Shown: positions 1 to 13,936, counted from the stretch's first letter. The stretch: 64,000 bases of DNA from Octopus vulgaris (GCA_951406725.2 OX597817.1:160952001-161016000), one strand, 5' to 3'. Notes: generated by a model from the letters alone, not told the origin. Numbers and translations are program-made.

Positions 1-197
1 AAATTTAATAGACAGCGCTCTAATTATTGAAATGTACCAATAACCTATTGAAAGAACTGAAGAACCGAACGAAAGAACTGAAGAACCTCTCCTTAGGCAT
101 AAGGACGGCGCCGTAGCGAAAGATTTTGTTCTTAGTGCGTGTATGCGTACGTGCCTGTGTGAAGAATCGTACCCGGAGACGTAATACATAAAGTTAT

Positions 198-583
198 GGA
201 GGCGCAATGGCCCAGTGGTTAGGGCAGCGGACTCGCGGTCATAGGATCGCGGTTTCGATTCCCAGACCGGACGTTGTGAATGTTTATTGAGCGAAAACAC
301 CTAAAGCTCCACGAGGCTCTGGCAGGGGATGGTGGTGATCCCTGCTGTACTCTTTCACCACAACTTTCTCTCACTCTTACTTCCTGTTTCTGTTGTACCT
401 GTATTTCAAAGGGCCGGCCTTGTCACTCTCTGTGTCACGCTGAATATCCCCGAGAACTACGTTAAGGGTACACGTGTCTGTGGAGTGCTCAGCCACTTAC
501 ACGTTAATTTCACGAGCAGGCTGTTCCGTTGATTCGGATCAACCGGAACCCTCGTCGTCGTAACCGACGGAGTGCTTCCATCC
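198..583 (+). mobile_element. tRNA-derived SINE, family A (full length)
   Basis: tRNA-like head with A box TGGCCCAGTGG and B box GGTTTCGATTCC; target-site duplication ACATAAAGTTAT at 186-197 and 584-595; near-identical copies elsewhere in the window. Confidence 0.9.
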
Positions 584-750
584 ACATAAAGTTATGCATT
601 TTTATCTTTTACTGGTTTCAGCCCAGGGCTAAAATCTCACGTAAGAAAGAGGCATAGATATGTAGGTATATAAGAGGGGCTGCTGAAAAGTTCTTGACTT
701 TATATAATAGAAAATACAAGCGGATAAGTTAATTATGATTTTATTTAACA

Positions 751-1232
751 CTAGCAGTATCGCCCGGCGTTGCTCGGGTTTGTAAGGGAAATAACTATAT
801 AAGCATTTTTAGAGAGTTACTTCCCTTATAGATGCCAATTCGGGCTTTCTTAGCCATTTCTGTTTTGGTGTCTTCAAGCCATGAAGTCGTTGTTCTAAAA
901 GAACGCTGGTCTCCTTGACAACGCATTACGACGTTGATTTCCTTACACTCCCTTCCCCACAGCTTCACGAGGGAGGGAAGGGGGAGAAGCAAACAGGTGC
1001 AGGTGTGAGCGTGGACGCCAACTCCGCCGCCATCGACGCACGAAAAATTATGCATTAAAATGGAATAAAAAAATGATGTTAAATTATTTTAAAAATCGTA
1101 GACGGGCTCGATATGAATCACGACTATAAGATACCCGAATTTGGTTAAACTGCACCGCAAAATGTGGGAGGAGTTAGGAATCTAAATCGAAGGGGACAGA
1201 CACTCACACAACTAGAGTTTTATATATATAGA
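751..1232 (-). mobile_element. Non-autonomous Helitron inserted in a mariner-like MITE remnant (about 672-1350)
   Basis: Minus strand reads 5'-TC...hairpin CCCGAGCAACGCCGGG...CTAG-3', inserted between A and T with no TSD; flank begins with mariner-like TIR AGGGGCTGCTGAAAAGTTC. Confidence 0.8.
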
Positions 1233-1860
1233 TATTCCCTTCTCAGATTCACACACTTATTGCCAGAGGTCCTTCAGTTTTTCCTAAGCCCTGTAAAAGA
1301 ACTCGGAAGGTTGGACCTCCAACCATGTCTTTTGCGATACCCTTAAATGCAGGAACCTTTCTGCATCACTTCATGTAAAGTACGTATAAAATACATGATA
1401 GCGAAATACAAGCGACATGGGTGTGTACGTGCGTGCGCGTGTGTATCTAACATTTACACACAGTACGTGAGTGTGTTTGCGTGTGTAATTATATACGAGT
1501 GGTGTGTATGTGCGTATGTTTGTCTTTGTAATTCGATATATTTCCTTTCTATTACAAAACAACGACAATGAGTCTAGAAAATTACTAGGAAGCATGAAAA
1601 AGGAAAACTGATTCGTTTAATAAGGGAACATTAAGAAAACAAAAGACTGTTTTTTTTATATATAGGAAAACAATAACGGACAAATTAGAAGCTAATTAAA
1701 CTGAAGGAAAAAGATTTAGATATGGGACAAAACAAGAAAAAGAGAAAAGGTAAAATCAAAAAGGCTAGGAGGAAGCCAGCTTAAAAGAAAATTCAGCATT
1801 GGTTTTGGGTTTGGCTGAAGAGAATCAGCGTCCACGCATAAAAGATAAATTCAGAAATAA

Positions 1861-2002
1861 AGGCATGGCTGCATGGTTAAGAAGATCGCTTCGCAACCAT
1901 GTGGTTTCGAGTTCAGTCCCAATGCGCGGCACCTTGGACAAGAATCTTCTTCTGTATATTTGTGTGATTGAATTTGGGAAACGATAAGTCTGTGGAAGAC
2001 CT

Positions 2003-2067
<65 letters not shown>

Positions 2068-2272
2068 TGTGTTTGTGTGTGTGTGTGTGTGTCTTTGTGT
2101 CTTTGTGTCTGTGTTTGTCCCCTACTGCTTAACAAACGGTTTGGTTCGTTTACGACCACATAAACTGATGGTTTAGCAAATGAGACCGATTGAATAAGTA
2201 CCAAACTTAATTAAAAAAAACAATTACAAGGGTCGATTTGTTCGACTAAAATCCTTTTAAGGCGGTTACCCA
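1861..2272 (+). mobile_element. SINE family B, degenerate copy with internal (GT)n
   Basis: Diverged match to the family B head and tail at 9353-9790. Confidence 0.7.
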
Positions 2273-2443
2273 GAGGTGTTTACAAGTGCACACAAACGAA
2301 CACATACTTGTAATATAGACTCGCTTACATAAACAGCCCATATATACATATATAAACACACATGTATCCACAGAATACATACGTACTTACAAGCATCCTC
2401 CATTGCGACAAATCCTCTTGATGTGGATGAAATTTTAATAAAT

Positions 2444-3793
2444 CAACCTTCCCAAAGTGGGCGATTTCAGCTTACAGGTGGGCGGTGGGCGAATTTCTAG
2501 AAAATGGTGGGCGATATGAACATTTTGTGCTGTTCACAGAGAAATTGCCGCTTGATTCAAAAGATGCAAAAGTCCAGTCCCTTGTCTGATCGAATTTGCC
2601 ATCAACTTTGTCTGAGAAATGATGAGGACCTTACTGTCAAAATAAACTGTGTTTTACGCTTTGTTGAACTGTTTTATATTTCTTTTTCTTTGTATTCGCT
2701 TCATTGATGGCTGCAAGGTGCGATATCTTTTTTCTTTGTGATAAATTCGCAAAAATAAATTACTTGAATAAGTAAATGCAAAGAAACAGAAAAACTCTCA
2801 TTGACTGTAAATCATTTATCACTACCTTCATTTCGAAATTGGTGTTGTTTAAGACTAACATTTCAAAACGTCAATTCCATAAATTTCCACGACTTGATTC
2901 TTTGAAAGATAAATTGGTTGATGAGGATTTAACTACATCTCGCAACTATTAACAATCATTGCACGATAACATGGTGGAGCGATTTCAAGATGTTATTGCG
3001 CTGAATATTCCAAATTGGTATAGCAATCCATTTGAGGTCGATGCAGTCGATTGCGAGGATGGCGTTCAGAAGGAATTGATAGAATTACAAAATGGCAATG
3101 ACGCCACAGTGCGATATCGCCGTAATGGCAAAGGTTTGTGGTGCCATCAGAGTATATTGAATTCCTACCCCAATCTGTGGAAACATCTGAAATTATTTTT
3201 GCTTGCCTTCCCTACCTCATACCTGGTTGAATCTGGTTTTATCCATGTTTGAACTTTACTCTCCCATAAAATAATTAGACTGGATGTGACACAACGAAGA
3301 GACTTGCGGCTAAAGTCGACAAATTTGAAACCGAATGTATCTGCACTAGCTGCATCGCACCAGACACATGGTTCTCATTAAAAAGTTTTATTCTTTTCCT
3401 TTATAATGCAATCATTAATTATTTTTGCATCGGTAATTCTGATCAATGGTTCATTTGGGGAAAATGAAAATCGGTGTAAAAGAAAGCGCAAGTTTCCAGA
3501 AGTTAATCTGTCTGCATAATATAGAGCTAACGTTAGAATTTTATTTACACTAATGACAAGACAAAACCCACAATAAAGGATTTGTAAACAGCCGCATATT
3601 TAGTCCAAACGGGACAACGAGTCTACGGTATAGTGTATATGTCAAATGATACGGGAGGGGGAGGTCCTAGGGGATTTTGTGTCGGGAGGCGATTGTGTCA
3701 GGATTTTTTTTTTACACAGGTGGGCGCTGGAGTATGTTTTGGCCGATAGGTGGGCGTTATTGCAATTTGCCGCGAAAAGTTTGGGAAACACTG
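2444..3793 (+). mobile_element. Decayed hAT (Charlie/Buster-like) DNA transposon
   Basis: ORF 2959-3252 has the hAT C-terminal dimerisation motif YPNLW...LLAFPTSYLVESGF; right TIR AAAAGTTTGGGAAACACTG ends at 3793; degenerate left TIR near 2444; stops and frameshifts throughout. Confidence 0.75.
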
Positions 3794-4030
3794 GTTTACG
3801 TTTTAAAGTATTTTTGAAATGCTTTAACTGAGGAAGGTTTACGTAATTGGTACATTTCTTATATATTACGCTCAACTGAAACATACGTATTAAATGATTT
3901 CAAAATATCATTACTTGGTTTGATTTCATTATTATAATTATATACAAATGTCTGTATGTGTATATATATATATATATATATCAAATTACACACACATACA
4001 CACACATATACGCACATATATAATAGTAGT

Positions 4031-4445
4031 AGGCAAGCTGGCAGAATCGATAGCACGCCGGGCGAAATGCTTAGCGGTATTTCGTCTGCCGTTACGTTGT
4101 GAGTTCAAATTCTGCCGAGGTCGACTTTGCCTTTCATCCTTTCGGGGTCGATAAATTGAGTACCAGCTACGTACTGGGGTCGATGTAATCGACTTAATAC
4201 CTATGTCTGTCCTTGTTTGTCCCTTCTATGTTTAGCCCCTTGTGGGTAATAAAGAAATAGGTATTTCGTCTGCTGCTACGTTCTGAGTTCAAATTCCACC
4301 GAGGTCGACTTTGCCTTTCTTCCTTTCGGGATCGGTTAAATAAGTACCAGTTGCGCACTGGGGTCGATGTAATCGACTTAATCTCTTTGTCTGTCCTTGT
4401 CTGTCCCCTCTATGTTTATCCCTTTGTGGGCAATAAAGAATTAAA
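4031..4445 (+). mobile_element. SINE family C (Meta-domain-like), tandem dimer
   Basis: Head GCTGGCAGAATCG...GAGTTCAAATTC; core CCTTTCATCCTTTCGGGGTCGATAAAT; second head-less unit joined at GAAATA|GGTATTTCG. Confidence 0.85.
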
Positions 4446-4447
4446 TA

Positions 4448-4491
<44 letters not shown>

Positions 4492-4980
4492 TAGTAGTAG
4501 TAGTAGTAGTAGTAGTGGGCATCCGTAGATCTCGAGAGGCCATACCACAGAGGTCGACATTATCTTTCAACCTTTTCGGGTTCGAAATATTGTAAATACT
4601 TTACAATATACATTGTTGATTTTAAAAATCTTTATCCGCCTCTAGAGGGTGTGCCACATTGGGCGGTCGTATGAAAGTGCATATACATTACATGTATACA
4701 TGCGTGTGTGAGTGTGTGTGTATGTGTATATATATATATATATATATGGGAGGGTTGTCTATGCATGCGAGTCTATATTACAAGTGTGTGTGTGTTTGTG
4801 TGTGTAAACACCTCTGAAAATCTGTATGTCTAGGGTGGGGGCGGTGAGGGAATGCCATACAGCGGAATCTAACCTAATTTTAAGTGAACTGCAATAAATT
4901 CCGCACTCTATCGAACTTCACAATTCTCCAACACATCACTGCTTGCAAATTCATCATAAACTATAAACACACACGCACAC

Positions 4981-5024
<44 letters not shown>

Positions 5025-5029
5025 AATAT

Positions 5030-5240
5030 CGTTTTTACAATAAGCATACGGGCTGAAATTTATGGGAGGACGACAGTCGATTACATCGACCCCAGTACGC
5101 AACTGGTACTTAATTTATCGACCCCGAAAGGATGAAAGGCAAAGTCGACCCCGGTGGAATTTGAACTCAGAATGTGAAGACAGACGAAATGCCGCTTGGC
5201 GTTTCGCCCGGTATGGTAACAATTCTGCCAGCTCGCCATC
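5030..5240 (-). mobile_element. SINE family C
   Basis: Reverse-complement match to the family C head and core. Confidence 0.75.
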
Positions 5241-5244
5241 TTGA

Positions 5245-5604
<360 letters not shown>

Positions 5605-5811
5605 ATAAGTATGCGGAGAATACTTGGGGAAGATAAGGATTTTTCTTTTTTTATATAAATAGCAAGTGGAACACATATACAAAACGTTCAGCTGTACTGA
5701 AGAAGTAAACACCTTTTCTAAGAAGGGGTCTTAGCCTTGGAATATTGAAATACTAGGTAACAGCACTAACCATCGACTAGTAATAGTAATTCTTTTATAA
5801 CTTGCATTGTT

Positions 5812-5884
<73 letters not shown>

Positions 5885-6041
5885 TGTGTATTCATAATTT
5901 ATGCAAGAATGGTGATATGAAATTCCGCCACCCAGAAGAAGGGAACTACATAAGTGGAGTGTGGAAAGGTTACAAAGTCTTGGTAGTGGTCCAGCATGAT
6001 TGCTACCGCAAGGCTAAATCTTGAAAAAAAAACGAAATTAA

Positions 6042-6079
<38 letters not shown>

Positions 6080-6083
<4 letters not shown>

Positions 6084-6167
6084 TTCCATATATTATAAAA
6101 CCGACGTATAATCCAGAACGACTTAAACTCGAAGGCCGAGGTATGCCTGTATATATGTATATATGTA

Positions 6168-6233
<66 letters not shown>

Positions 6234-6596
6234 TTCTTTTTTCTTTACTTGTTTCAGTCATTGACGCTCGAAGCCTTTAATCGAGCAACTCGACGGGACT
6301 TATTCTTTTGTAAGCCCAGTACTTATTTTATCGGTCTCTTTGGCGAACCGCTAGTGACGGCGACGTAAACACACCAGCATCGGTTGTCAAGCAATGCTAG
6401 GGGGACAACACAGACACACAAACTTACACACACGCATATATATATATATATATATGACGGGCTTTTTCAGTTTCCGGCTACTAAATCTACTATTTGTTGG
6501 TCCCGAGGCTATAGTAGAAATACACTTGCCCAAGGTGCCACGCAGTGGGATTGAACCCAGAACCATGTGGTTGTAGCTTACCACACAGCCACTCCT

Positions 6597-6690
<94 letters not shown>

Positions 6691-6846
6691 AGGAGTGGCT
6701 GTGTGGTAAGTAGCTTGTTTACCAACCACATGGTTCTGGGTTCAGTCCACTGCGTGGCACCTTGGGCAAGTGTCTTCTACTATAGCCTCGGGCCGACCAA
6801 AGCCTTGTAAGTAGATTTAGTAGCCGGAAACTGAAAGAAGCCCGTC

Positions 6847-6899
<53 letters not shown>

Positions 6900-7162
6900 T
6901 GTGTGTAAGTTTGTGTGTCTGTGTTTGTCCCCCTAGCATTGCTTGACAACCGATGCTGGTGTGTTTACGTCGCCGTCACTTAGCGGTTCGCCAAAAGAGA
7001 CCGATAAAATAAGTACTGGGCTTACAAAAGAATAAGTCCCGGGGTCGAGTTGCTCGATTAAAGGCGGTGCTCCAGCATGGCCGCAGTCAAATGACTGAAA
7101 CAAGTAAAAGAGTAAAAGAGCAAAAGAGTAAAAAGAGTAATATATATATATATATATATATA

Positions 7163-7208
<46 letters not shown>

Positions 7209-7303
7209 TACATATATACATATATACAGGCATACCTCGGCTTAAGTCCCTTCGATTTAAGTCGTTCTGGATTATACGTCGGTTTTATAATATATGGAAA
7301 AAT
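6080..7303. repeat. About 1.2-kb fold-back inverted duplication centred on (TA)n 6601-6686, containing SINE family B copies (6240-6600 -, 6687-7140 +)
   Basis: Unique flank TTTTTCCATATATTATAAAACCGACG (6081) recurs reverse-complemented at about 7277-7302. Confidence 0.85.
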
Positions 7304-7611
7304 AGAAATCAAGTCATTTTACTCAACTTTACATCTGTCCGCCATAAATATTGGAATCATAAAATCACTACAAAACTATAAAAAAAAAATGTGATATATA
7401 CAGTAATGCCTCGATATACGACTTAATTCGTTCCCGTCGAACGCTCGCAAAGCGAAAACTCGTAGAGAGAAAATAAAACTCGTAAAAGCTCGTAAATTTA
7501 GACAAGGATGTCTTGGCATAAAATCACGGGGTGCAGTGGACCTCGAATCATTAAATTTCCGTCGTTCGGTAATAAGACACATGGCAACATTACCCGTTGT
7601 CTATAACCTTC

Positions 7612-8005
7612 ATCTTTTACTTGTTTCATTCATTAGACTGCGGCCACGCTGGGGCACCGCCTGAAGAATTTTAGTCGTACGAATCGACCTCAGCACTTTT
7701 TTTTAAAGCTTTGTATTTATTCAGTTGCATCTTTTGCCGAGCTGCTTAAGTTACGAGGACGTAAACACACCAACACCGGTTGTCAAGCCGTGATAGGAGA
7801 CACACACACACACACATATGTATATGATGGACTTCGTTCCCGTTTCCGTCTACAACCTCTAGTCACAAAGCTTTGGTCGGTCCCAGACTATATTAGAAGA
7901 CACTTACTTCTATATTAGAAGACACTTACTCTGCCAGGCAGAGGGACTGAATCCGGAACCATGTAGTTGATAAGCAAAATTCTTACCATTCAGTCCCGCC
8001 TGCTC
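7612..8005 (-). mobile_element. SINE family B, diverged
   Basis: Reverse-complement match to family B. Confidence 0.75.
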
Positions 8006-8073
8006 CTATATGTATGTATGTATGTGTATGTGTGTGGTATTGGTGTACATGTTTATTAATTAACGTATGTATG

Positions 8074-8136
<63 letters not shown>

Positions 8137-8395
8137 ATCCTTCGAAACGTAATGTAGATGAAATCTTTAGCGACTGAAGAAGGGGTTTTTCTTTGTGTTA
8201 ATTGTCCTGTACTCTATTTTTTTGCTGTTTTTAAATAAATGTCCAGTTTCTTTGGTTTTTGTCTATGTTTTCGTTTCTCATTATGTTCGACGTCCTTTTG
8301 GTGTCCTGTACTCATATATGCGTGTATATGTACATGTAGAGGTAGGTACGTACATATATGTTTATATATATGCATATGTTTTATTTTATTTATTA

Positions 8396-8436
<41 letters not shown>

Positions 8437-8443
8437 CTATCTA

Positions 8444-8852
8444 TGACGGAGCCAGCTTGAGCATAATCCTATGAACCAAGAGAAAAAAAAACGAAAGGAA
8501 AAAAGAGAGCCACTTACTGTAATTTGTTCTCTTTTTGCATGACACTATTGCCTAAGGTTCCCGTGGCCTTTTCCGTAGGCTTTTCTATCCACGGACAAAC
8601 CTAATCTATTTTCCCTTTCTACATTGACATTTCTGTGATACACGATCCCTATTGATCGGCCCCTACCTTTTTTTTTCTTTTTTTTTTTTACGATCCCTTT
8701 TGATCGGAATCCCCCACCTCTTTTTTTTTCACGATCCCTTTTGATCGGAATTCGCCTCCCCGTTTTTTCCCCTTCTTTTCTTCCCAAAAAGAAAAGCTCT
8801 ACTTTGTATTTTGTCTCTTCTGTGTTTAGCCCTGCGTGGCCAATAAAGAAAT
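8444..8852 (+). mobile_element. Putative LINE 3' end inserted in (TCTA)n, sharing its tail with SINE family C
   Basis: Ends TTTGTCTCTTCTGTGTTTAGCCCTGCGTGGCCAATAAAGAAAT, similar to the family C tail; flanked by TCTA repeats. Confidence 0.45.
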
Positions 8853-8982
8853 CTATCTATCTATCGATCGATCTGTCTGTCTGTCTATCTATATATCTAT
8901 CTATGTAGATAGACAGACAGACAGATACATAGACAGACAGATAGAGAGAAAGAGAGAGAGAGAAAGAGAGATAGATAGATAA

Positions 8983-9095
<113 letters not shown>

Positions 9096-9352
9096 CGTGT
9101 ATGTATGGATGGATGTGTGTATGCGTGTATATGCGTGCGCGCACGTTTGTGTTCTCCACCACCACTTGGCAATTAGTGCTAGTTTATTGACATCCTCGTA
9201 ACTTAGCGCTTCGGCAAAAACTGAACGATAAAATTAGTACAAAAAGCTTATACAATCAAAAAGTGAGATCAATTTATTCTACTAAACTCTTCTAGGCGGT
9301 GCCCCAGCATAGCCGCAGTCCAATAACTGAAATAAGTAAAAAGACAAAAATA

Positions 9353-9518
9353 AGGCGCAGGAGTGGCTGTGTGGTAAGTAGCTTGTTTACCAACCACATG
9401 GTTCCGGGTTCAGTCCCACTGCGTGGCACCTTGGGCAAGTGTCTTCTACTATAGCCTCGGGCCGACCAAAGCCTTGTGAGTGGATTTGGTAGACGGAAAC
9501 TGAAAGAAGCCCGTCGTA

Positions 9519-9564
<46 letters not shown>

Positions 9565-9790
9565 TGTGTGTGTGTTTGTGTGTCTGTGTTTGTCCCCCTA
9601 GCATTGCTTGACAACCGATGCTGGTGTGTTTATGTCCCCGTCACTTAGCGGTTCGGCAAAAGAGACCGATAGAATAAGTACTAGGCTTACAAAAGAATAA
9701 AGTCCCGGGGTCGAGTTGCTCGATTAAAGGCGGTGCTCCAGCATGGCCACAGTCAAATGACTGAAACAAGTAAAAGAGAGAAAAGAGAGT
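9353..9790 (+). mobile_element. SINE family B (full length, internal TA/GT microsatellite)
   Basis: tRNA-like head GGAGTGGCTGTGTGGTAAG...GGGTTCAGTCCC; tail (GTAAAAGA)n-like. Confidence 0.9.
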
Positions 9791-10633
9791 ATAACCATGA
9801 ATTCTGAATAAGATGAATTTTATTGATCAACTTCGAAAGAATCTGCTTAAAAGAAAATAAATACAAGGAGATTCCATTTATTAAGGTAACATAACTATTA
9901 CAGCTGACAGTGAAGACCACACGAGCCAAAAACAATGTTTTCACTATTGATAGGCGGACAAGACGAACGTGTATAAGTGAGCGTAGCTACTTGCTAATTA
10001 TACCGTTGTCCAACAAAAGTAAACTAAGAAACAAAGGCAGAAACATCTATAATTTCGAAGTAATTTATTTCCAAGGAAAGAGTCTACTGTTATGGCAGCA
10101 ACGACAAAAGCGCTTTGCTTTTGCTTTTGTTTTTTGGTTGTTTTCTTTTTCTTCCTTATATGTGATGACAGCGCTGACCTTAATTCTTGCTGACTCACAC
10201 ATAGTAACTAACACACCTCCCACTTTAACGCCTTAACTCTTCTCCACCTTCTCAAATCTTCTGCTTACTCCCAATTCACATGTGTTAACCCTCTTCCCTC
10301 TCTGCCGCTTCACACTCTAATCTGTCTTCATTACACCCCCCCACCACCACCACCACTACTAACGCCTTAACCCTCGTACAACTCCTCTCATCACATTGTA
10401 ATCTACTAAATACAAGACATCCCCCGACCCGCTTAATGGGCAGGCCACGTACTCACCACCGGCCACCCGGCCACCTAAATCTATCTTGTAAGTATTAAGT
10501 CAGTCGAACTGCTACATTGTTTGGCTACAAAACCGGAAGTTATGTAAAGCCGTTAGAGGCATTGTTGCTGCTGTTGTTTTTGTTGTTGCTCTTGTGTATT
10601 TTTCGTTTGTTTTCTGTATTTCAATGAATATAT

Positions 10634-10958
10634 ATTTCTTTACCACCCACAAGGGGCTAAACATAGAGGGGACAAACAAGGACAGACAAAGGGATTAAAT
10701 CGATTACATCGACCCCAGTGCGAAACTGGTACTTAATTTATTAACTCCGAAAGGATGAAAGGCAAAGCCGACCTCGGCGGAATTTGAACTCAGAACGTAA
10801 CGGCACACGAAATACGTATTTCTTTACTACCCACAAGGGGCTAAACACAGAGAGGACAAACAAGGACAGACAAACGGATTAAGTCGATTACATCGACCCC
10901 AGTGCGAAACAGCTACTTTATTTATCGACCCCGAAAGGATGAAAGGCAAAGTCGACCT
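10634..10958 (-). mobile_element. SINE family C dimer, truncated
   Basis: Two units in tandem with the family junction. Confidence 0.8.
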
Positions 10959-11996
10959 TGTAACTAAACACTTTCAAACTTCGTATTCTTGTAGAATGTG
11001 TCATATAAAACATCTTTTACTCTTGGCATTGTTGAGAAAATTCTGTATTTTGGAAGGGTTAGGGTTATGGTTAAGGTTTTAGGGTTGGGGTTTTAGGGTT
11101 AGAGTTACGGGGGAAAAAATGAAAACTGAAGCACGAACGATTATGGTGGTGCCATGAAGTTAAACATGCTTCAGATACGTCTTGCAACCTTTTCAATAGT
11201 CAAGACTATTGAAAAGGTTGCAAGACGTAACGAAAATTTTAGGAAAATAAAAATAAGAAATAAGTGGAAATTTTACCGGTGAGTGTGTTAAATTATAAGG
11301 CACAAAAAGAAAATGATTCTCCCCAGACACAACAGAAAATGACAATTATTTTTGTGGTAATTGATGCTCTTGGCACAACGTCCATATTGACATCAACGAC
11401 TCTGAAAGATATCGGAAGTAAGACTTCCATTGTCGATTGGCAGAAATATGCAATCATGTTTTCTACAAGAATCCTAAGAAAGATTCTTTGTGTTTGTCTC
11501 TTACACATTGAGTTCTGGTGTTGGTTTGTTTACGTCCCCACTGTAACTTAAATGCTTCAGCAAAAAGATTCTGATATAAAAGATGTATATATAAATAAAG
11601 CAGTGCCTTGACTCTGGCAACCAAAAAATGTGCTTATATACGGCTTTTGTCGGATAAAATTTATACAGTATAATATATGTCACATTCAGCAATAAACAGC
11701 TGATAATGATGCGTTGAAACAATTGTAGAGATATGTAATAAAGCCTGTTCAGTCCATCTCCTCGTATTAAGATGTGTTTGTTTATACTGTACAGATATTT
11801 TTGGATTTCCACATGTATATTTAGTAACCGAAAAAGTGTCCTACTGTATTACAACATTTGGTGGCCGGTATCCGCAGAGGAGCTTTGGAAAGCACACTAT
11901 AAGATTATTACCCAGATTATATTCAAATTTGGCACAAATGCAAAACTTTTGGGGGAGGAGTAAGCCGATTACATCGACCCTAGTGCTCTGCTAGTA

Positions 11997-12562
11997 TTGG
12001 GTTGTCCGGAGAGTTCGTGCCGATTTATAAAGGAAAGACAAAGGTCAATAAATACTTGCCATTACATTTTTAATCAACCAAATATGAACCATTTTGTTGC
12101 ACAACGCGTCTCCATCTTTTCTTTAACTTGAAAATACCCTCTTCCCAGAATTGAGGAGGTTTCATGGCAAAGAATTCACCAAGGTATCTTTTTACGTCAT
12201 CCAAGGAATTGAAATTTTTACCATTAAGACTATTCTGCAGAGACCTGAATAAGTGGAAATCCGAAAGAGCAATATCTGGTGATTATGGAGGGTGGGGTAA
12301 CACATCCCAGCCGAGCTGCAGCAATTTTTGTCTGGTTCCCAAAGCATCAAGTGCCGGAAATGAACTTTTTTATCTTCCATTTTAAAGGGTTACAGAATTA
12401 ACACAGGTTATAGGAACATAAATCTTCTTCTATGAAAAGATAGCTTAAACTGTGCTCTAAATGGAGGTGTAGTCAAATCCTATCTTATGGACTCAACCAT
12501 CTTCTAAAATAAGTCAAAAGGTAAGCTACTATAAATCGGCACGAACTTTCCGGACAACCCAA
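11997..12562 (-). mobile_element. Internally deleted Tc1/mariner element nested in a family C SINE
   Basis: TIRs TTGGGTTGTCCGGAGAGTTCGTGCCGATTTATA / TATAAATCGGCACGAACTTTCCGGACAACCCAA with TA TSD; decayed transposase C-terminus (PHPP-SPDIALSDFHLFRSL) on the minus strand. Confidence 0.9.
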
Positions 12563-12715
12563 TACTTATTTTATCGATTCCGAAAGTCCGAAAGAGAAAG
12601 TCGACCTCGGCAGAATTTAAACTCAAAATGTAAAAACGGACGAAATGACATTGAGCATTTTGCCCGACATGCTAGCGATTCTGCCAGCTCGAAACTATAA
12701 TTACCTAGATTATAT

Positions 12716-13110
12716 TGGAAATGGAATGGAAGCACTCCGTCGTTTACGACGATGAGGGTTCCGGTTGATCCGAATCAACGGAGCAGCCTGCTCGTGAAAT
12801 TAACGTGTAAGTGGCTGAGCACTCCACAGACACGTGTACCCTTAACGTAGTTCTCGGGGATATTCAGCGTGACACAGAGAGTGACAAGGCCAGCCCCTTG
12901 AAATACAGGTACAACAGAAACAGGAAGAAAGAGTGAGAGAAAGTTGTGGTGAAAGAGTACAGCAGGGATCACCACCATCCCCTGCCGGAGCCTCGTGGAG
13001 CTTTCAGGTGTTTTCGCTCAATAAACACTCCCAACGCCCGGTCTGGGAATCGAAACCGCGATCCTACGACCGCGAGTCCGCTGCCCTAACCACTGGGCCA
13101 TTGCGCCTCC
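12716..13110 (-). mobile_element. SINE family A
   Basis: Reverse complement of 198-583; TSD TACCTAGATTAT on both sides. Confidence 0.9.
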
Positions 13111-13936
13111 ACTACCTAGATTATGTTAAAACAACATACACACACATATGTATGTACGTAGAGAGAGGCAAAGACAGAGACAGACGAACAGACAGACCGA
13201 CAGACATACAATATTTTATTGCATGGAGTGCAATGTGACAGTCTAAATATTTTGCACTCTTATACACTATCCAGGGCGTGTCGTGTTACTATCGGTGTCT
13301 TTTGTCATTGTTTTACTGCTATTGTTGTCACTTTTGTGGTTTCTGTTACTACTACTGCTGCAGCGGTTGCGCACCTTGTCCTCTTCCACTTCTTGAGACT
13401 CTCTGCTTCCACCCCCACCCCCGCTACAAATAATCCCACCACCCCACTCAGCAGCAGCATCGTAAAAACAATAGAATGAAGTGACGCAACTACAGAAATA
13501 TGGCGGCTCTAAGCGAGACGTCACGGGCAATAAACCAGTAACATTTCAAACCTTAATTGTCATATACAGTGGAAATAAAAACCTCACTCGGGATTTAGTT
13601 TCAAATTTTATAATTTATAGGACATTAAACCTTACCCGAATACACACACCACCATCGCATAAACCCACTGAGCGGTCTGTAATGATTCTAGTTTATTGCA
13701 AAATTATTATTTATTATTTACGTAAGGATTTATTGTTGTGATGGCTTGGTAGAATGGTTTGAGCGTCGAAAGAATTACTTTGGGGCATATGTTCCGGTCT
13801 TTTAGGTTCTGAATTCAAATCCCGTCGAGAAAAGTTAAATTTTGCTGTTCATCTTTGCGTAACTGAGATATTTTGGTAGATTATATAGTTATCGGTTATA
13901 CCCTTCTTTCTATATTCTGTAACAGTCGCAGAATAC

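Noticed and set aside
198-275. tRNA gene-like sequences at SINE heads
   Set aside because: Continue into SINE bodies with TSDs; no Pol III terminator or proper acceptor stem
329-532. Recurrent 65-67 aa ORF MVVIPAVLFHH... (four copies)
   Set aside because: Lies in the body of SINE family A; conservation reflects recent retroposition
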